Of a stretch of DNA of 64,000 bases, positions 51,537 through 64,000 are shown one piece after another. The translations under genes and the position numbers were made by a program. The notes under the pieces are model-generated. The model ran no database searches. It saw only the letters and a list, made by a program, of their open reading frames with translations, and was not told where the DNA came from. The stretch spans positions 2,790,001-2,854,000 of the forward strand of contig CM097886.1 in assembly GCA_044892525.1 (NCBI GenBank). The letters run 5' to 3'. The stretch's first letter is position 1, and each line of letters opens with the position of its first letter. This stretch comes from Schmidtea polychroa (taxonomy: Eukaryota).

Positions 51537-52838
51537 TCAACTGTGATTGTAGATTACGGAAATAAATTATTCAATGATCCGCTGGTGTTTTTGTTTCACT
51601 TTTTATTTTATTGAAAATACAGCACTTTCAAGAATTTTTTTTAATATATAAATTATTTTATTTTTAGATATCATATTATTTATCTATCATGACCAGTGTT
51701 GAATCATGTAGTAAAATAACAATTTTAATTAATTAATTATTAAATAAATCAATAGAATTTAAATTGGTGTTGATAGCTTAATAATGTGAAATTGTTTCAT
51801 CGATCATAGGGTCACAACTGAAATTAATCTGAGGGTACAAAATCAAGATCTAGGTAGTAAGTGGAATTGCAAATAAAATAAGGCATTACTTGATAAAGAC
51901 AAAGCCAAAAATTTGTGTTGAATATTATTGAAATTTTATTAAAATTTTATTGAAAATTTTTGAATGAAATTTTGTAATTTAAAGTTTTAAGTTTTAATTT
52001 TAAAAATAAAATATTTATAATAAATCATAAATCATCGAAACAAAAAAGTATTTAAAAAACATTATTTAAACAAATAAATGAAATTAAAATATTAGTCACT
52101 TCATTAAAACTAAATAATCTTAATAAAACACTTCCTCGTCGAAAAAATATTTTCAAGTGGGGATTTTTACATAGAATCGTGATTCTTCTGGAAATTTTTA
52201 TCGCATAAAGATTTGTTTTTAAATAAATACACCAGCGTAACCAAAGGTTAGGAATACTCACAATTAACAATGTTTCAAGATTTTCAAAATAAAATAAAAT
52301 AAAATTTTAATAAATTTAATTTAATCAAACATTTTATTTTCTTTAAACTTAGATACTTTAATACAATCAATAATATTTGCTGGTGCTCTTTCTGTAAAAT
52401 TTCGCTTTAGTAAATTTGATTGACTCTGCTTCTGCTTATAAAGAACAGATGTGACTTTAGCCACTTCCATATGCAAGCCATATCGTTATTTTCACATATC
52501 CCATACTAAACAAATACAACAAATCTCACGTATTTTGCCACCGTCATGCTTGGGGATTTTGTTTACGAGCTCAAATAATTAACGTCGTTAATAAAATTTA
52601 ATTCCCTTACCGAATTTTCACACGTATAATCCACAATCGTGTATAGCCCACAGAAGTTTGGTAAAGTGTAAGAAAGATTACTGTATAACCAGCACTTATT
52701 AGTCATAAAAATAAATTTAGTATATATATATACAAATAAATGAAATTTCGTTATATTATAATTTTAATATTTAAATTTTAAAAATTTTTAGAAAAAATTA
52801 AAAATATTCGAGTATTGTCCGCATATTTGTTTTTTTAA

Positions 52839-53060
52839 TCTATCTATATTAACTTCACTTTGCATTTATGTTTGAATGTTTGTATGAGCCACGGAAATCT
52901 TGCGACTGAAAATTAACACACTTCCCGTGATCGGATCGACCTGAAAATATGCAGATTGATTTGTCATCGATAAATTTCAGATCGAACGAAAGTACAATAA
53001 TTAACGTTTTTGAAAATTCATAATTTTGTCACCTATCCCAATGGACAAAGGTTGCTTAAC
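52839..53060 (+). mobile_element. Possible non-autonomous Helitron-like 5' fragment
   Basis: A|TCTATCTATATTAA...tgtttgtatg...gatcggatcgacctgaaa resembles Helitron 5' ends; no 3' CTAG hairpin identified. Confidence 0.35.
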
Positions 53061-53650
53061 CTCTAAAATTTAAAATATTTACGATTTTGTGAATTTTTAA
53101 AATATTTTCATCATGGGCTCTGTACTGCAAAATTATTACCGTAAGTTATTTGTCCGATGAAAAAATGAAAAAAATTATTCTGCGCAAATTGTGCAATATT
53201 TTATGTCAGTGAGTGATTTTAAGTGAATAAAGTGAAGGGATTTTTGTTTTAGACTAGTTTGAGACTTTCAGCCTCATGATCATCAAAGAATTGAGTTTTT
53301 TTTTGAGTTTCTTTAAATTTCTTTCCTTATGTGATTATGACATCACGTAAATAATATAAATAAATATTAATAAAATGTTCATTTCAAATATTTTTCCTAA
53401 CTAGGTGATTTTTTGTAATATTAAATATTTCATATCATCGAACACGGACATTGGATTTTTAATTTTAAGAGAATGTTAAAGAATGAGATATAGAGTTTCA
53501 AAAACTGTTTTTACGGTTAGTTTTTTTATGTAGTTTTCGTGCATAACCCGAGGGTTTTAGTTTTTTAGCTTTTTTATAATCACGTTGCTTATTTACTCCA
53601 ATCAAATTATAATTATCATATTCTTATTCATCTTGTCATTTGCTACCCAC

Positions 53651-54206
53651 CAATGGCGGCTCTTTCATAAGGGCTGTAGTCCTCCCACCAAAATGAAAAC
53701 TTAAAAATTTTAATAGGCATTACATAATTATACAATTATTTTATAAAAACATATTTTTTAGCATATTTATTATTGAACTGTAGGTACTAAGTACTTTGAT
53801 ATGCGCTTTGTATGTGTGTACTGTATGAGTCAGTGTGATTTTGTATACATTAGGGCTGCAGTCAATGCAGAGCTAGTCACACCACATAGTCAGTGTATTA
53901 ACATATAGGAGTAATCCGTAATATACGTTTTTGTGATATGTATATTTCAAACATATCTGCAGACCACGCTTCTTATTTTAGCTTTACTATACTTGTGTTT
54001 TATTACGTTTAATAAATTTTTAAAGGTAAGATTTTTATGTTTTGTATTGTTTATGTATTAAATAAAAAACCTTTTGTTTTATTACATATGTATAATATAT
54101 ATGATGTTATGATGAATAATATGTCAATAAAATGCGGTTTTTTCAAATCGTTTTTATTATAATTCTTTTCAGCCCTCCCACGAAAATAATCCACGAGCCA
54201 CCACTG
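53651..54206. mobile_element. MITE (hAT-like), related in termini to 7058-7271
   Basis: caatggcggctc / gagccaccactg TIRs; flanks ctacccac and gtacccat (6/8) suggest an aged 8-bp TSD. Confidence 0.6.
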
Positions 54207-56297
54207 GTACCCATTGCATCGTTTCCCACTAGAAATATTGATTTTTCTATTTTTTTGAATTTTTAATTAATTGCTGAATATTAATTTCTTTGCATACGAA
54301 TCTGTGAATTTAAATGTTATAACAATTCATTTAACCCCAACAGCGATGATATTTCTGAAGATTTGATATTTCTTTTATATTAAAAAATACTGGCACTTTT
54401 TCAAATTTCAGTAAAGAAATTTCTTAACTTTTATTTTTTTTTTAATTTTTTTTATCTTTTTACAATATACTTTGCGTAATTATACATTTCAAAAATAAAT
54501 TCTACATTCTTTTGCATTTGAAACTTTCATTTTAATTTTTATTTCTGAATAAATTCTTCAAAATTTTTTAATTAAACTTTTTTAAAAGTTTTTAGCTACA
54601 CGTTTTAATAAATTCAATATTAATTTTAAATTTGTAACACTTAATTGTTATGTTTTTAATATTTTAAATCCTATTGAAACAATTTTTTTTCTCTTAGATA
54701 AATATTTCTCGGCATATTAAATAATTGAGTGACATGTTTAAAAATAAAAAAAAAATTTAAATAAGAAATTAAGTGACATTTTTAAAAATTATATTAATTC
54801 CAAAATTTTAATGAATCATTTAAATTTCAGTACTAATGAAAATAAAAACACAAACATTTAATTTAATTTGTACATTTTATTTACGCTACCGAGTTTAAAG
54901 TTCAAATAAATCAATAATTTGGCAGCGGATTTTATGGGAACAAAATCTACAGAGAAAATCATATTTTAATCGAATTTAATAGATTGTAAGATGTCAAAAA
55001 TTTTATAAAATTATGATTTTTAGACAAACGAAAATTGCAATAAAAAATTATTAAGCATATTTATTTGAAATAATACAATAAAAAATCATTTATCCAACGA
55101 AATCCTCATTTTCACTTTCAGGAGAATTGTCATGGAAACGGCTCTTAGAATATCTGAAATGATTTATTATTGAATAATGTGGGATTATTAGTCGAAGATC
55201 TATTACGTCTGTGACACTATTCACAACATTCCACAATTCGATACTCGATGTGATTCAATGTATTGAATAATGTACACCTTACGTAACTTGACAATTACCA
55301 ACCGAGAAAAACTTACTATCAGTTCTGTTCGAAGAATTTGCCATCGAATGAAAGTGAAACTTGTTTAAATGCGCACTATATTTATCAATAATTTTATCAT
55401 TTGATGTGTGGAATAATCGATGCAGGTCGACATTATAAAGCCTCCAAATGGATAGAGATTGTGCGATGCATGCGTGCTGTGTCAGTTAGAATTCCTGTAA
55501 CTTTTAGCAGTCATCACCAAGCACAGTTTCTTGGGCGTTTTTTTTCTAAATCCTCCTCGACAGATAGTGTAATTCTGAAAATTATCGGGAATCATAATAT
55601 TTTTCATGATGACTGGAATCGATATTTGTTCACAGGGAATAATTTCCATTGATTATTACGTAAACAAATCCAACCAATTAAAACAAAATTTCTTACAAAT
55701 CTGTGAGGTGCTCGATTTGGTGCATTTAATTTCTGATTACAAAGACATTCGAAAACAAAAAAAAAAGATTTATATTAAACTTTTCATTTGATTTTTGAAA
55801 AAAGTTAATATTTTAATGATTTTTTAATTTGTTTTAATAAATGTAGTTTTAATATTTTCTATTTCTGATTGGAAACTTATTGTTTAAATTGATTATTTTC
55901 ACATTGTAATTTTTTGTTTCAATTTGGTTTAATAATTTAAAACAATGCAAAATCTTTGTTAAAGGCTGTAGCAAATATTTATCGTTATCTGTTAAAATTT
56001 GATTTATTGTCTAAAGGGTATTTTCTTTCTGATTAATAAAATTCAGCAAAATTATAAATATTAATGATAATTAATAAATTCATCAACAATTTTCATTTAA
56101 ATTATAAGATTAATTTTAGAAATGTATATTAAAATTAGAGGAATAGTTTAGTAAAATAATTTTATTTTTTGTTTCTTGTAAAATGTAAACCTAATTTTTG
56201 TTATGAGTAGTGCATTTTAATAGAGAAAAAGATATCATTTATATAAAATTAAAAAGGATAAAACTCGAATGAGGGAAAGATGCTCTATTTCTATCGA

Positions 56298-56879
56298 TGT
56301 ATATGTTACAGTGAATTTGTATTACCAGTGAGAATATATTTTCGCTAAGCCAGTCAGTGAATGTATATCTAACAATGAAGATACAAATTCACTGGTTATA
56401 TTTAGTGAGTTTGTATTCATTGACAAGCGAGAATTCGCCGCGTGGAAATATTTGGCCCTAAGTGTCGATGTGTTGCCCTTCTTTCATCTAGCTGCGAAGT
56501 GTTTTTAAAATTTTTTAATTTTTCTAAATATGTAATTATATTTAATGTGTATGTTCAAAATAAATTAATATATCATTCAATGTTTTATTGAGCTTGTTGT
56601 ATCTCCTGTGAAATTTAAACTTTTAACTCGGGTAGTCTACAGACTAGAAATAACTGGAGCGGTTGACACAAATGAAAACAAAAAAACACGCAACTGTCAA
56701 ACTGACATTCAATTATAGGTTAGGGTAGAATACACATTCACTAAAACTTGCTAGTGAAGTTATATTTTCACCAGTAGAAATATATTTCCACTGTTGAAAA
56801 CGTATTCGGATATGAATTCACTGAAACGTTAGTGAAAATATATTCTCACTGCTAATACAAATTCACTGTAACATATACA
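56298..56879. mobile_element. Foldback MITE with about 50-bp TIRs
   Basis: tgtatatgttacagtgaatttgtattaccagtgagaatatattttcgctaa versus the inverted copy at about 56829-56879; internal sub-hairpins. Confidence 0.8.
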
Positions 56880-57299
56880 TACCCATTCGAACAATTGCTT
56901 CCATTCCTAGAATTAGATCAATGTCCATTAGAATGTTATCAACCACCAGACACGATAATGCAATTGAAGAACCTTAAATTGTGAAATCGACTGGTGAAAA
57001 TTCCCAACATCCAAATTTTCGATTATTAACTGTAACGATTCATTTACTTGATACGAAATTTCAATAAAATTTATTTTTTCGAAGAATCGAATGAGAACTG
57101 CCTTCCTTGGATTTTTTTTCGTTTAGAGTTTCTTATATACAACGTTATTTTATCGCCATGTAACTTACTGACTTTTCCTATAATATACATGCAACCCATT
57201 TCTCATAATTCACAATTTTCTTTATTGTTTACTTTCTGAATTTTTTTATTACATGTCTAGTCTCCCACAAGAGTTCATTTGGACATTTGAACAATTCAT

Positions 57300-58761
57300 G
57301 TAATTTACTACAATTTCCTTCGGAAAGCGCACTCTTGAAATTGTTTTACAAGTCCACGGAGTAATTGTGGATCTACAGTGTAAACCAGTAATTCCAAAGT
57401 GATCTATATCGATCCCCAGGGGTCTACGACAACCTACAAGTAATCCATGTCAGCGAAATAAAATGGGGGTAAACGATAGTGGATATCATATAAGCAAGTC
57501 GTGACTTTAATCTTGGCATTCCATGAATGGAATAATCAACCCATACAGATAATACCTATTTACTTACATAATCTACAAAAATGGATGTCATATTAGAAAG
57601 AGGAACTGACCTAATAAGCGCTAACGAAGAACAATCTTTCAAAGTGAGTAGGACTATACCAGATATCAAAAATTCATTTGAAGTTGATCAATTTACAAAA
57701 ACTCAATATTTATATATTAATATTTATATCATGATTGAACATGTAAGAAAATATACAGAATTAGAGACATTTCTAGTGCAATTTATATTTAAATGCAATT
57801 TATCTATTCAGAGCTATATTATGTAAAAAAATGCAAAGAGTAACAAGACTATTTAGAAAATCTGCCAGAAAAAACGATGACGTAGCACAGAAATATGTGA
57901 AAGAAGTCTCAAATAAAATATTTTATTAATTTTAGATATCTTGACTCGAAGGAACAGCTTAGAAATCATGCTAGAACGATTTTTATTGTTTAAATATGTT
58001 CGACAAAAGCCTGATAGATTTAAAGTTAGACATTTATTTTAATGACGAATAAGTAAAATTACTATCTAATATAATTTCAGCTTTATAACCTATAAAGTTG
58101 GCCGTTGAAACGCTGCAGTGAAAATGTCAATTTATACACAGCTGATGTCACGTTAACATTTATGCTAGATGAATTAAGTAGTCAAAACACATTTTAGGGT
58201 GTTAAACTGAAAAAAGCTTGAATGTGTAGCATTAAAGAAAAAAGCAAGAACATAAAGGAACTAGAATATTTTCAGCAGCCGAACTGCTTTTCACCAAAAT
58301 TACATCATCATTTAGTGATAAAACTTTCACTTAATTAAACTTTTTAAGAAATTTTTATTCATAAATAATATTTATTATCTGTATAATTTTTTGTCTACTA
58401 ACAATTCAATATTTGCATTTTTTAATATTCATTAATATTTGTATCAACTTTTTATGAAATGTTCTTTATAAGTGGGACAGTTTTATATATGAAATTTAAT
58501 AAAACTATAAATACACATAATAAATAAAGTACTATGTAACTTTGTCAATATTTAAATATTTACATTTATTATCATTTATTACTTCGTTTTCGAAATTATA
58601 ACAAAGCACAAACAAAAAATTCCTTAACCTAGTCAGTGCCTACTACCCGCCTTTTCGCTATTCACTGGGGAAAAATTACCGGTATTCAAAATTTTTATTT
58701 ACCGAATTATCGGTAAATGAAAGTCAATAAAGGAAATCATAGATGGGAGATTAATCCTTTT

Positions 58762-58847
<86 letters not shown>

Positions 58848-60350
58848 ATAAATCATTAAGCACTTTTTTTTGATTGATAAATATATTTATTTTCAACTTG
58901 AATTATGACTTATATCAAATTAAACATTTTAAAATAATAATTGTGATAATTTTTAAAAAAGTAAAAAATGATTTTATAAGTACTTTTTTTCAATTCACTT
59001 GAAAAAGACAGTGTCGAAAATTCGTGAATATCAAAAACATAGATATATTTACTGATTCATAGTCAAGCTTTTACTTTATGGTTTTATTTTTAAAACATTC
59101 ATTACTTATTATTTGACTAAATGAATATTTCCGTTTAGTTAGTCCACTATCAATGAACATAAAAATTGTATTGATGTTTTTATTTATGAACACTTACTAA
59201 CTTAAAATAAACATTGGAAAATAAATATTAAACCACTAATTTCACAAATGGGAATTTATGAAGCAATTTTAAAAAGTTTTGTTTAGAACCAATTTATTTA
59301 AATAATCAAATTTGTTTATTAAATTAAATAGTTACAGTTCTTTGAAAAATTTGAAAAATAGAGTTTAATTAAAAACAATAATATTCATTAAAATTAACTT
59401 TAGATATTTGTTTATATAAATCATTATTAATTTATTTTTCAAATAAATATTTATTCAATTGTTATCGTAAATACAATTACTTATGATTAATTTGTCAAAT
59501 AAAAATAAATTAACTTTTTATTTATTCAATTAACTGAAAATAATTATTTTATTTATTAAGTTATCTCAATGTATATTCATCATTCATGACATTCTGAAAC
59601 AATTTAGAATTTTCAGGAATTGATCGAAAATTTGCGAATCGAATGACTTGAAAAATGATAAAGATTTTTCCTGAAAACAAAAATTAAATATAAAATCAAT
59701 ATAAATTAAATTGAATTTCGAAGTTTACCAACAATGAAGACCATAATTCACGACATTCCATTAGTTACCAAAAACCCTATCGAATATCTTGAATTATGCC
59801 CGTGTGTTGTTGGAAAATGAAATTTCAAACATTGAATTGTTTTGTAAATAGATATAATATAATTTCGTTAACTAAAATTCACTTACGAAAAATGCCCAAA
59901 TTTATTCAATGACTGGTTATATAGATATTGTGCACAACTAGTAGCACATGTCACTTTGTGCTTCATCTCCGCTGGCAACAAATCGATGGGGAAAAGATAA
60001 TTTGCTGTGATATAGGTGTGCTCTCAGTTTTGATGGAAGCTTTACACAAATAAATCACCGAGGAAGCATGCTGTAAACACACTGGGTTTCGTTGGAATAT
60101 TAGTCAGACATGATGGATATGGATCTGTGTTATGACACATGTTTTGCTTATCAAATCGGTGACCTGCTGTGGGATATTTATGCAGTTCTGTAAAAGTTAA
60201 TTATGAATTTGATTCATTAACAGAGAAATATGGTACGTAATTTCTTATTTCAATTGCTGTGGTAAACACGGCTAGTACCAATCCTCAGGTACATTGCAAA
60301 TCGAACAGAAATAATATTTCAATGCAAAAGTGGAAATAACACGTAAGGAT
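57300..60350 (-). pseudogene. Possible decayed, intron-containing KDZ/CxC (HMGXB3/Zisupton-like) transposase
   Basis: GT-AG-bounded exon-like block at about 59885-60188 with a Cys cluster and stops; RLPPFYFADMDY at about 57450 resembles HMGXB3 PPVYVVDM. Weak, by-eye match. Confidence 0.35.
58766..58844. repeat. (TA)n microsatellite
   Basis: Direct reading. Confidence 0.97.
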
Positions 60351-61199
60351 TACTTGTTTATGCGGATAAATATTTATATTCGATGATTAGGTTTAATATC
60401 AATTTATAAGTTAAAATTTTGACATTTATTATTATTATTATGAACATTTGTGAAATGCAATTTAAATAAAAATATTTTATGAAATGATATTGAAAATTTA
60501 TTGAATGCAGATTGAGAGAGTTATAGTTTTGTAATTCATATAACATAATTTTGATAGAATTATTACTAGATGGAGGTGATATCGCGTCATAAATTACTGA
60601 CCCAAATTTTCATTTTTTTATTGCCTGCTAAGATAATAATTCCATTTTAAAAACGCTTTAATTTTGTTTGATTTAATTTTAATATCCAGTGCTTTTATAT
60701 ATTTTATTTCAACTCCACATGAAATACAGCCCAACTCGTTTTTTACACGGTAGATACGTTCCAACGAAAATCGTTTTTATTAAAAATAGATAATAATAAT
60801 TTTAGTCCATAAGTAAAAAACAAATAAAATTTTTGTTCATAAATACATATAAATTAAATTCAAATTGGAAATATACAATATCTACACCAACCGGCAATTG
60901 ATTATCATCAAATGGCCATTGATTTGCATATTTAATAATATAAATATTAACTTACCTATAATAAATGTGTGTGACATAGCCAGAAGGGCCACTGAATTAG
61001 CTAGGTGACATTAAATTGGCTATTACGCTATAGAAAGATAGAAAAAATCGCAGTTGGAAGAAAAATAAATAAATACATACAAACACGGTTCACAAAATTT
61101 CTATAATAAAAAATACACACTATAGGACATTGATTTATCATGCGGACATTCAATTGGCTAAATATTTTCAATTTAAAATTAGTTAATTATAAACAAATA

Positions 61200-61650
61200 T
61201 ACGAGAATGTGTCAGAAACTTCATCAGAATCGACTATTGCATTTCAAGAAATTCATAGATGAATGCTCTTCAATACATGGACGGACAAGAGATTCGGTAG
61301 GTCACGAGTAGGCAATAGCATTTATAACAATATACCAACAAATCGAGGACCCAATATCCAAAGATGAGCTAATCCATTTACAATAATATATCTTCATTGA
61401 CTATTCAAATAGAAAAGTTGCCATATAATCCATTTTTGAACCCCATCGAAAGTGTTGAGCAAAATTAAAAATGGGGTAAGGACTAAAGTTTCTTCGGCTG
61501 ATGGATTTACCAGACAGATTTACCTTCAATGAATGATTTACTGCAATATCCCAAGCAGTTAACGAGGAACTTCGAAAACCAGATCATAATAATATCAGAA
61601 ATCATATTAATAATCATATTAAAGATGCTTCCCTAAATGCTTGATATTTT
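61200..61650 (+). pseudogene. IS630/Tc1-like transposase remnant
   Basis: IEKLPYNPFLNPIE, matching the LPPYSPxLNPIE motif; surrounding frames are broken. Confidence 0.5.
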
Positions 61651-61849
61651 AGGTGAACTATGAAATATTTAATGCATATTATAATAAATAAATAAATATC
61701 TTCTTTATTCATTATTTTAACAATAAATCTTAAAATTAACTAAAATCCAAAACAAAGCTTATTTGACATAGGTAAATGAATCTCTCATTTATGGATTGTA
61801 ATCTAATGCGCTTTCGTGTATTTAGCAACTAATATTTATTATCACTACT

Positions 61850-62480
61850 TTATAATAAGCGTGCACGTTTATTATAGATTGGCTAAATTGCTTTACTCAC
61901 TCAGGTCTACCAAATCTGATATTGGTTTTCTTATGATAAAATCTGTTATAAGCTGCTGGGTTTTTGCCTTTTTAACTTCCTTATAAAGTTCTTGATAGCC
62001 AGCCATACAAACCTGTAAATTCCGTTGGAATTTTAATGCACGTTCCACGTGAGGATCATGAGTGAGAAAAAATTGTTCCATACTGGTACCAAATTTTAAG
62101 CCATCGCGAATTAAATCAGAAGTTAGTTGATGCATTTCACCTTCTCATTAATACCATTAACTGTTATAGCTTCAATCAAGTCCTCATCATCTTAAGGTAT
62201 TTCAAGCATCAACTCCTCTATATCCGCAACTTGCATATTTTGAAAGCCCTCACCACCAATTTCGTGTGAAATCGTTACTAATTTTAACACTCTATCCAAA
62301 CCAGTAAACTTTTTCCATTTTCTCCGAGATAATATTTCCGCTTTATGACGATGCTTTGGAACTGATGTTCGATCCAGAAATTACTGATCGTCGAATGGAA
62401 TCCTCACTTCTTTTGTGGTTCTGATAGTCGCTTCACTAAATCTAAAATCTTTCCCAACAGATGTGGGACCTACGCTTCTT
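61850..62480 (-). pseudogene. Tigger-like transposase C-terminal remnant
   Basis: EGFQNMQVADIEELMLE and FFLTHDPHVERALKFQRNL...YQELYKE. Confidence 0.6.
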
Positions 62481-63538
62481 TCAAGACTGTCTAAGATTTT
62501 TATTTAAATTAAAACATAAATATTTTTTTTGGAAATAGTGTTAAACCGAATATTTCGTGCAAAAAAAGATTTGTTCCTTTTTTGTGGACCGTGTTATTTC
62601 AAAATCATTGGATTGATGTCAATTTTTGCGAGTACTCACCCTCTTGATACAGTACCAACGTTGATCGCTCAAAGGGTATCAAACGGAGAAACGTTTGTTT
62701 GAATAGGTAAAATGTATGCTTACTTGTAACCCACCATAATTAATATATCGCAAACAGACATGTATGGATCAAGATTGGTCAACTAGGTACCAATAACTTG
62801 GTACTAAGAACTAGGTACTAACAACCAAGTACTTACTAACATATATCAACAACCAGGTACTAACAACTAAGTATTTACAACCAGGTACTAATAAATAAGT
62901 ATTAACAACCGGGTACTTACAAACAAATATCAACCAGCCACTAAAATATTGAGGTTGCATATTTATTCCGAATTCTTTCATTATTTGTCGTATGATATTC
63001 TCATGGAGATAACTGGAGTGTGTCGGTATATGGGTGCTGATATTAAATATATGTTTAAATATATATTTATCTACTGTTAAGAATTATGTTGTAAGTTTTT
63101 GAATACAAATTGATTGATCTTTAAAAGAAAATCTTCTTCATTGAAGTTAATTGTTAGGAAAACTCATTGGATGAAAAATTAATAAAAATGCAATAAAAAT
63201 CTATAAATGAAATACTTGTAAGATTTTCTGATAATTAGGTAAAAATAGAGGAAATTATTATAAAAATAACATGTAAAAATTAAAATTTTTCAAAAGTTAG
63301 TTAATAAATATCATAACAAAGGCAATTAATGGATAACAAAAGAACTTTAAATTCTAGTGATTAGGTAAAATTTATTCTTTGAGTTATAATTAATTTAAAT
63401 TGATAGTCACATATTTAATGTCATAAAAGCTTACCAATTGCTTTAAGATCAATTTTTATTTTATATATCCTACAATTTCTTTAATTTATTTATTGAATAA
63501 CTATTGAAATTAATTTTTAAAAAGGTTCAAAATTAAAA

Positions 63539-64000
63539 ATGGCAATTGCTAATGTAAATGATATGTGGGAAAATGATTGTCATTTGAATCGAAGAAAGCG
63601 CCATTATATTTCAGTAAAAGGATTATTATCAAGTGCTTCCAAAATTAGCGATCGTCTAGTAACAGGAAAATATCCACTTAACGTCACTGATGCTGCTTTA
63701 ACAAGCTTCATGAACAATGTCGCTGAAATATTTAATGAATGTAATGATAGTTATCTAATAAAAACTCGGAAAATTTTCAAATCGGAAAAGATTCATAAAC
63801 GAGCGAATAAATTGCAAGTAAAACTTTTCAATATGTCTTTTCAGTCGGAATTGGCGAAATATTTTAACGAAGTCATTATATCTAATTCGGATGGAAGTGA
63901 ATTTCAAGTTCGTGCCGAAAGAGCAATCTTGCGTGACGAGACACTTGAAGCTTTGGACTTTTTTAGTTTTATTATTAATTTGATTATTATGGTAATCAAC
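63539..64000 (+). CDS. Open frame of at least 154 codons running off the window; probable host gene or exon, product unknown
   Basis: Manual translation from ATG 63539 has no stop to 64000 (MAIANVNDMWENDC...FFSFIINLIIMVIN) and ends in a hydrophobic segment; possible acceptor at 63523-63524. Confidence 0.5.
   Translation, partial: MAIANVNDMWENDCHLNRRKRHYISVKGLLSSASKISDRLVTGKYPLNVTDAALTSFMNNVAEIFNECNDSYLIKTRKIFKSEKIHKRANKLQVKLFNMSFQSELAKYFNEVIISNSDGSEFQVRAERAILRDETLEALDFFSFIINLIIMVIN

Overview
AT-rich eukaryotic genomic DNA with 44-46 nt mini-introns, (AAT)n/(TA)n microsatellites and four assembly gaps; an invertebrate, planarian-like by inference only. The window is dominated by an apparently intact 30,401-bp Ty3/Gypsy-type LTR retroelement on the minus strand (12331-42731). 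It has two 4,160-bp LTRs (TGTTGGG...CCCAACA), a CTAT target-site duplication and a tRNA-Pro-like PBS, and it lies antisense in an intron of a host PDE4-like phosphodiesterase gene. Its single 4,617-aa ORF reads Gag(3xCCHC) - 3 ubiquitin-like modules - Bcl-2-like domain - internal signal peptide - chuvirus-glycoprotein-like (class III) envelope with TM - protease - RT - RNase H - integrase - two ankyrin blocks - a second signal/ectodomain/TM module. The envelope is in frame between Gag and protease. Seven same-strand accessory ORFs include a full TRAF homologue, an IAP-type RING protein, an LTR-encoded protein, three coiled-coil proteins and a small type I membrane protein; each has a YAG acceptor 1-9 nt before a start ATG. 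Giant (>30 kb) Gypsy elements (Burro) were described in Schmidtea mediterranea (Grohme et al. 2018), so the size class is not new. Whether the Gag-Env-Pol order and this cargo set are described must be checked by search. The flanks hold decayed hAT, Tc1/pogo, CsRn1-like Gypsy, pPolB and possible KDZ remnants, MITEs and solo LTRs. All domain calls are by-eye motif recognition; no searches were run.
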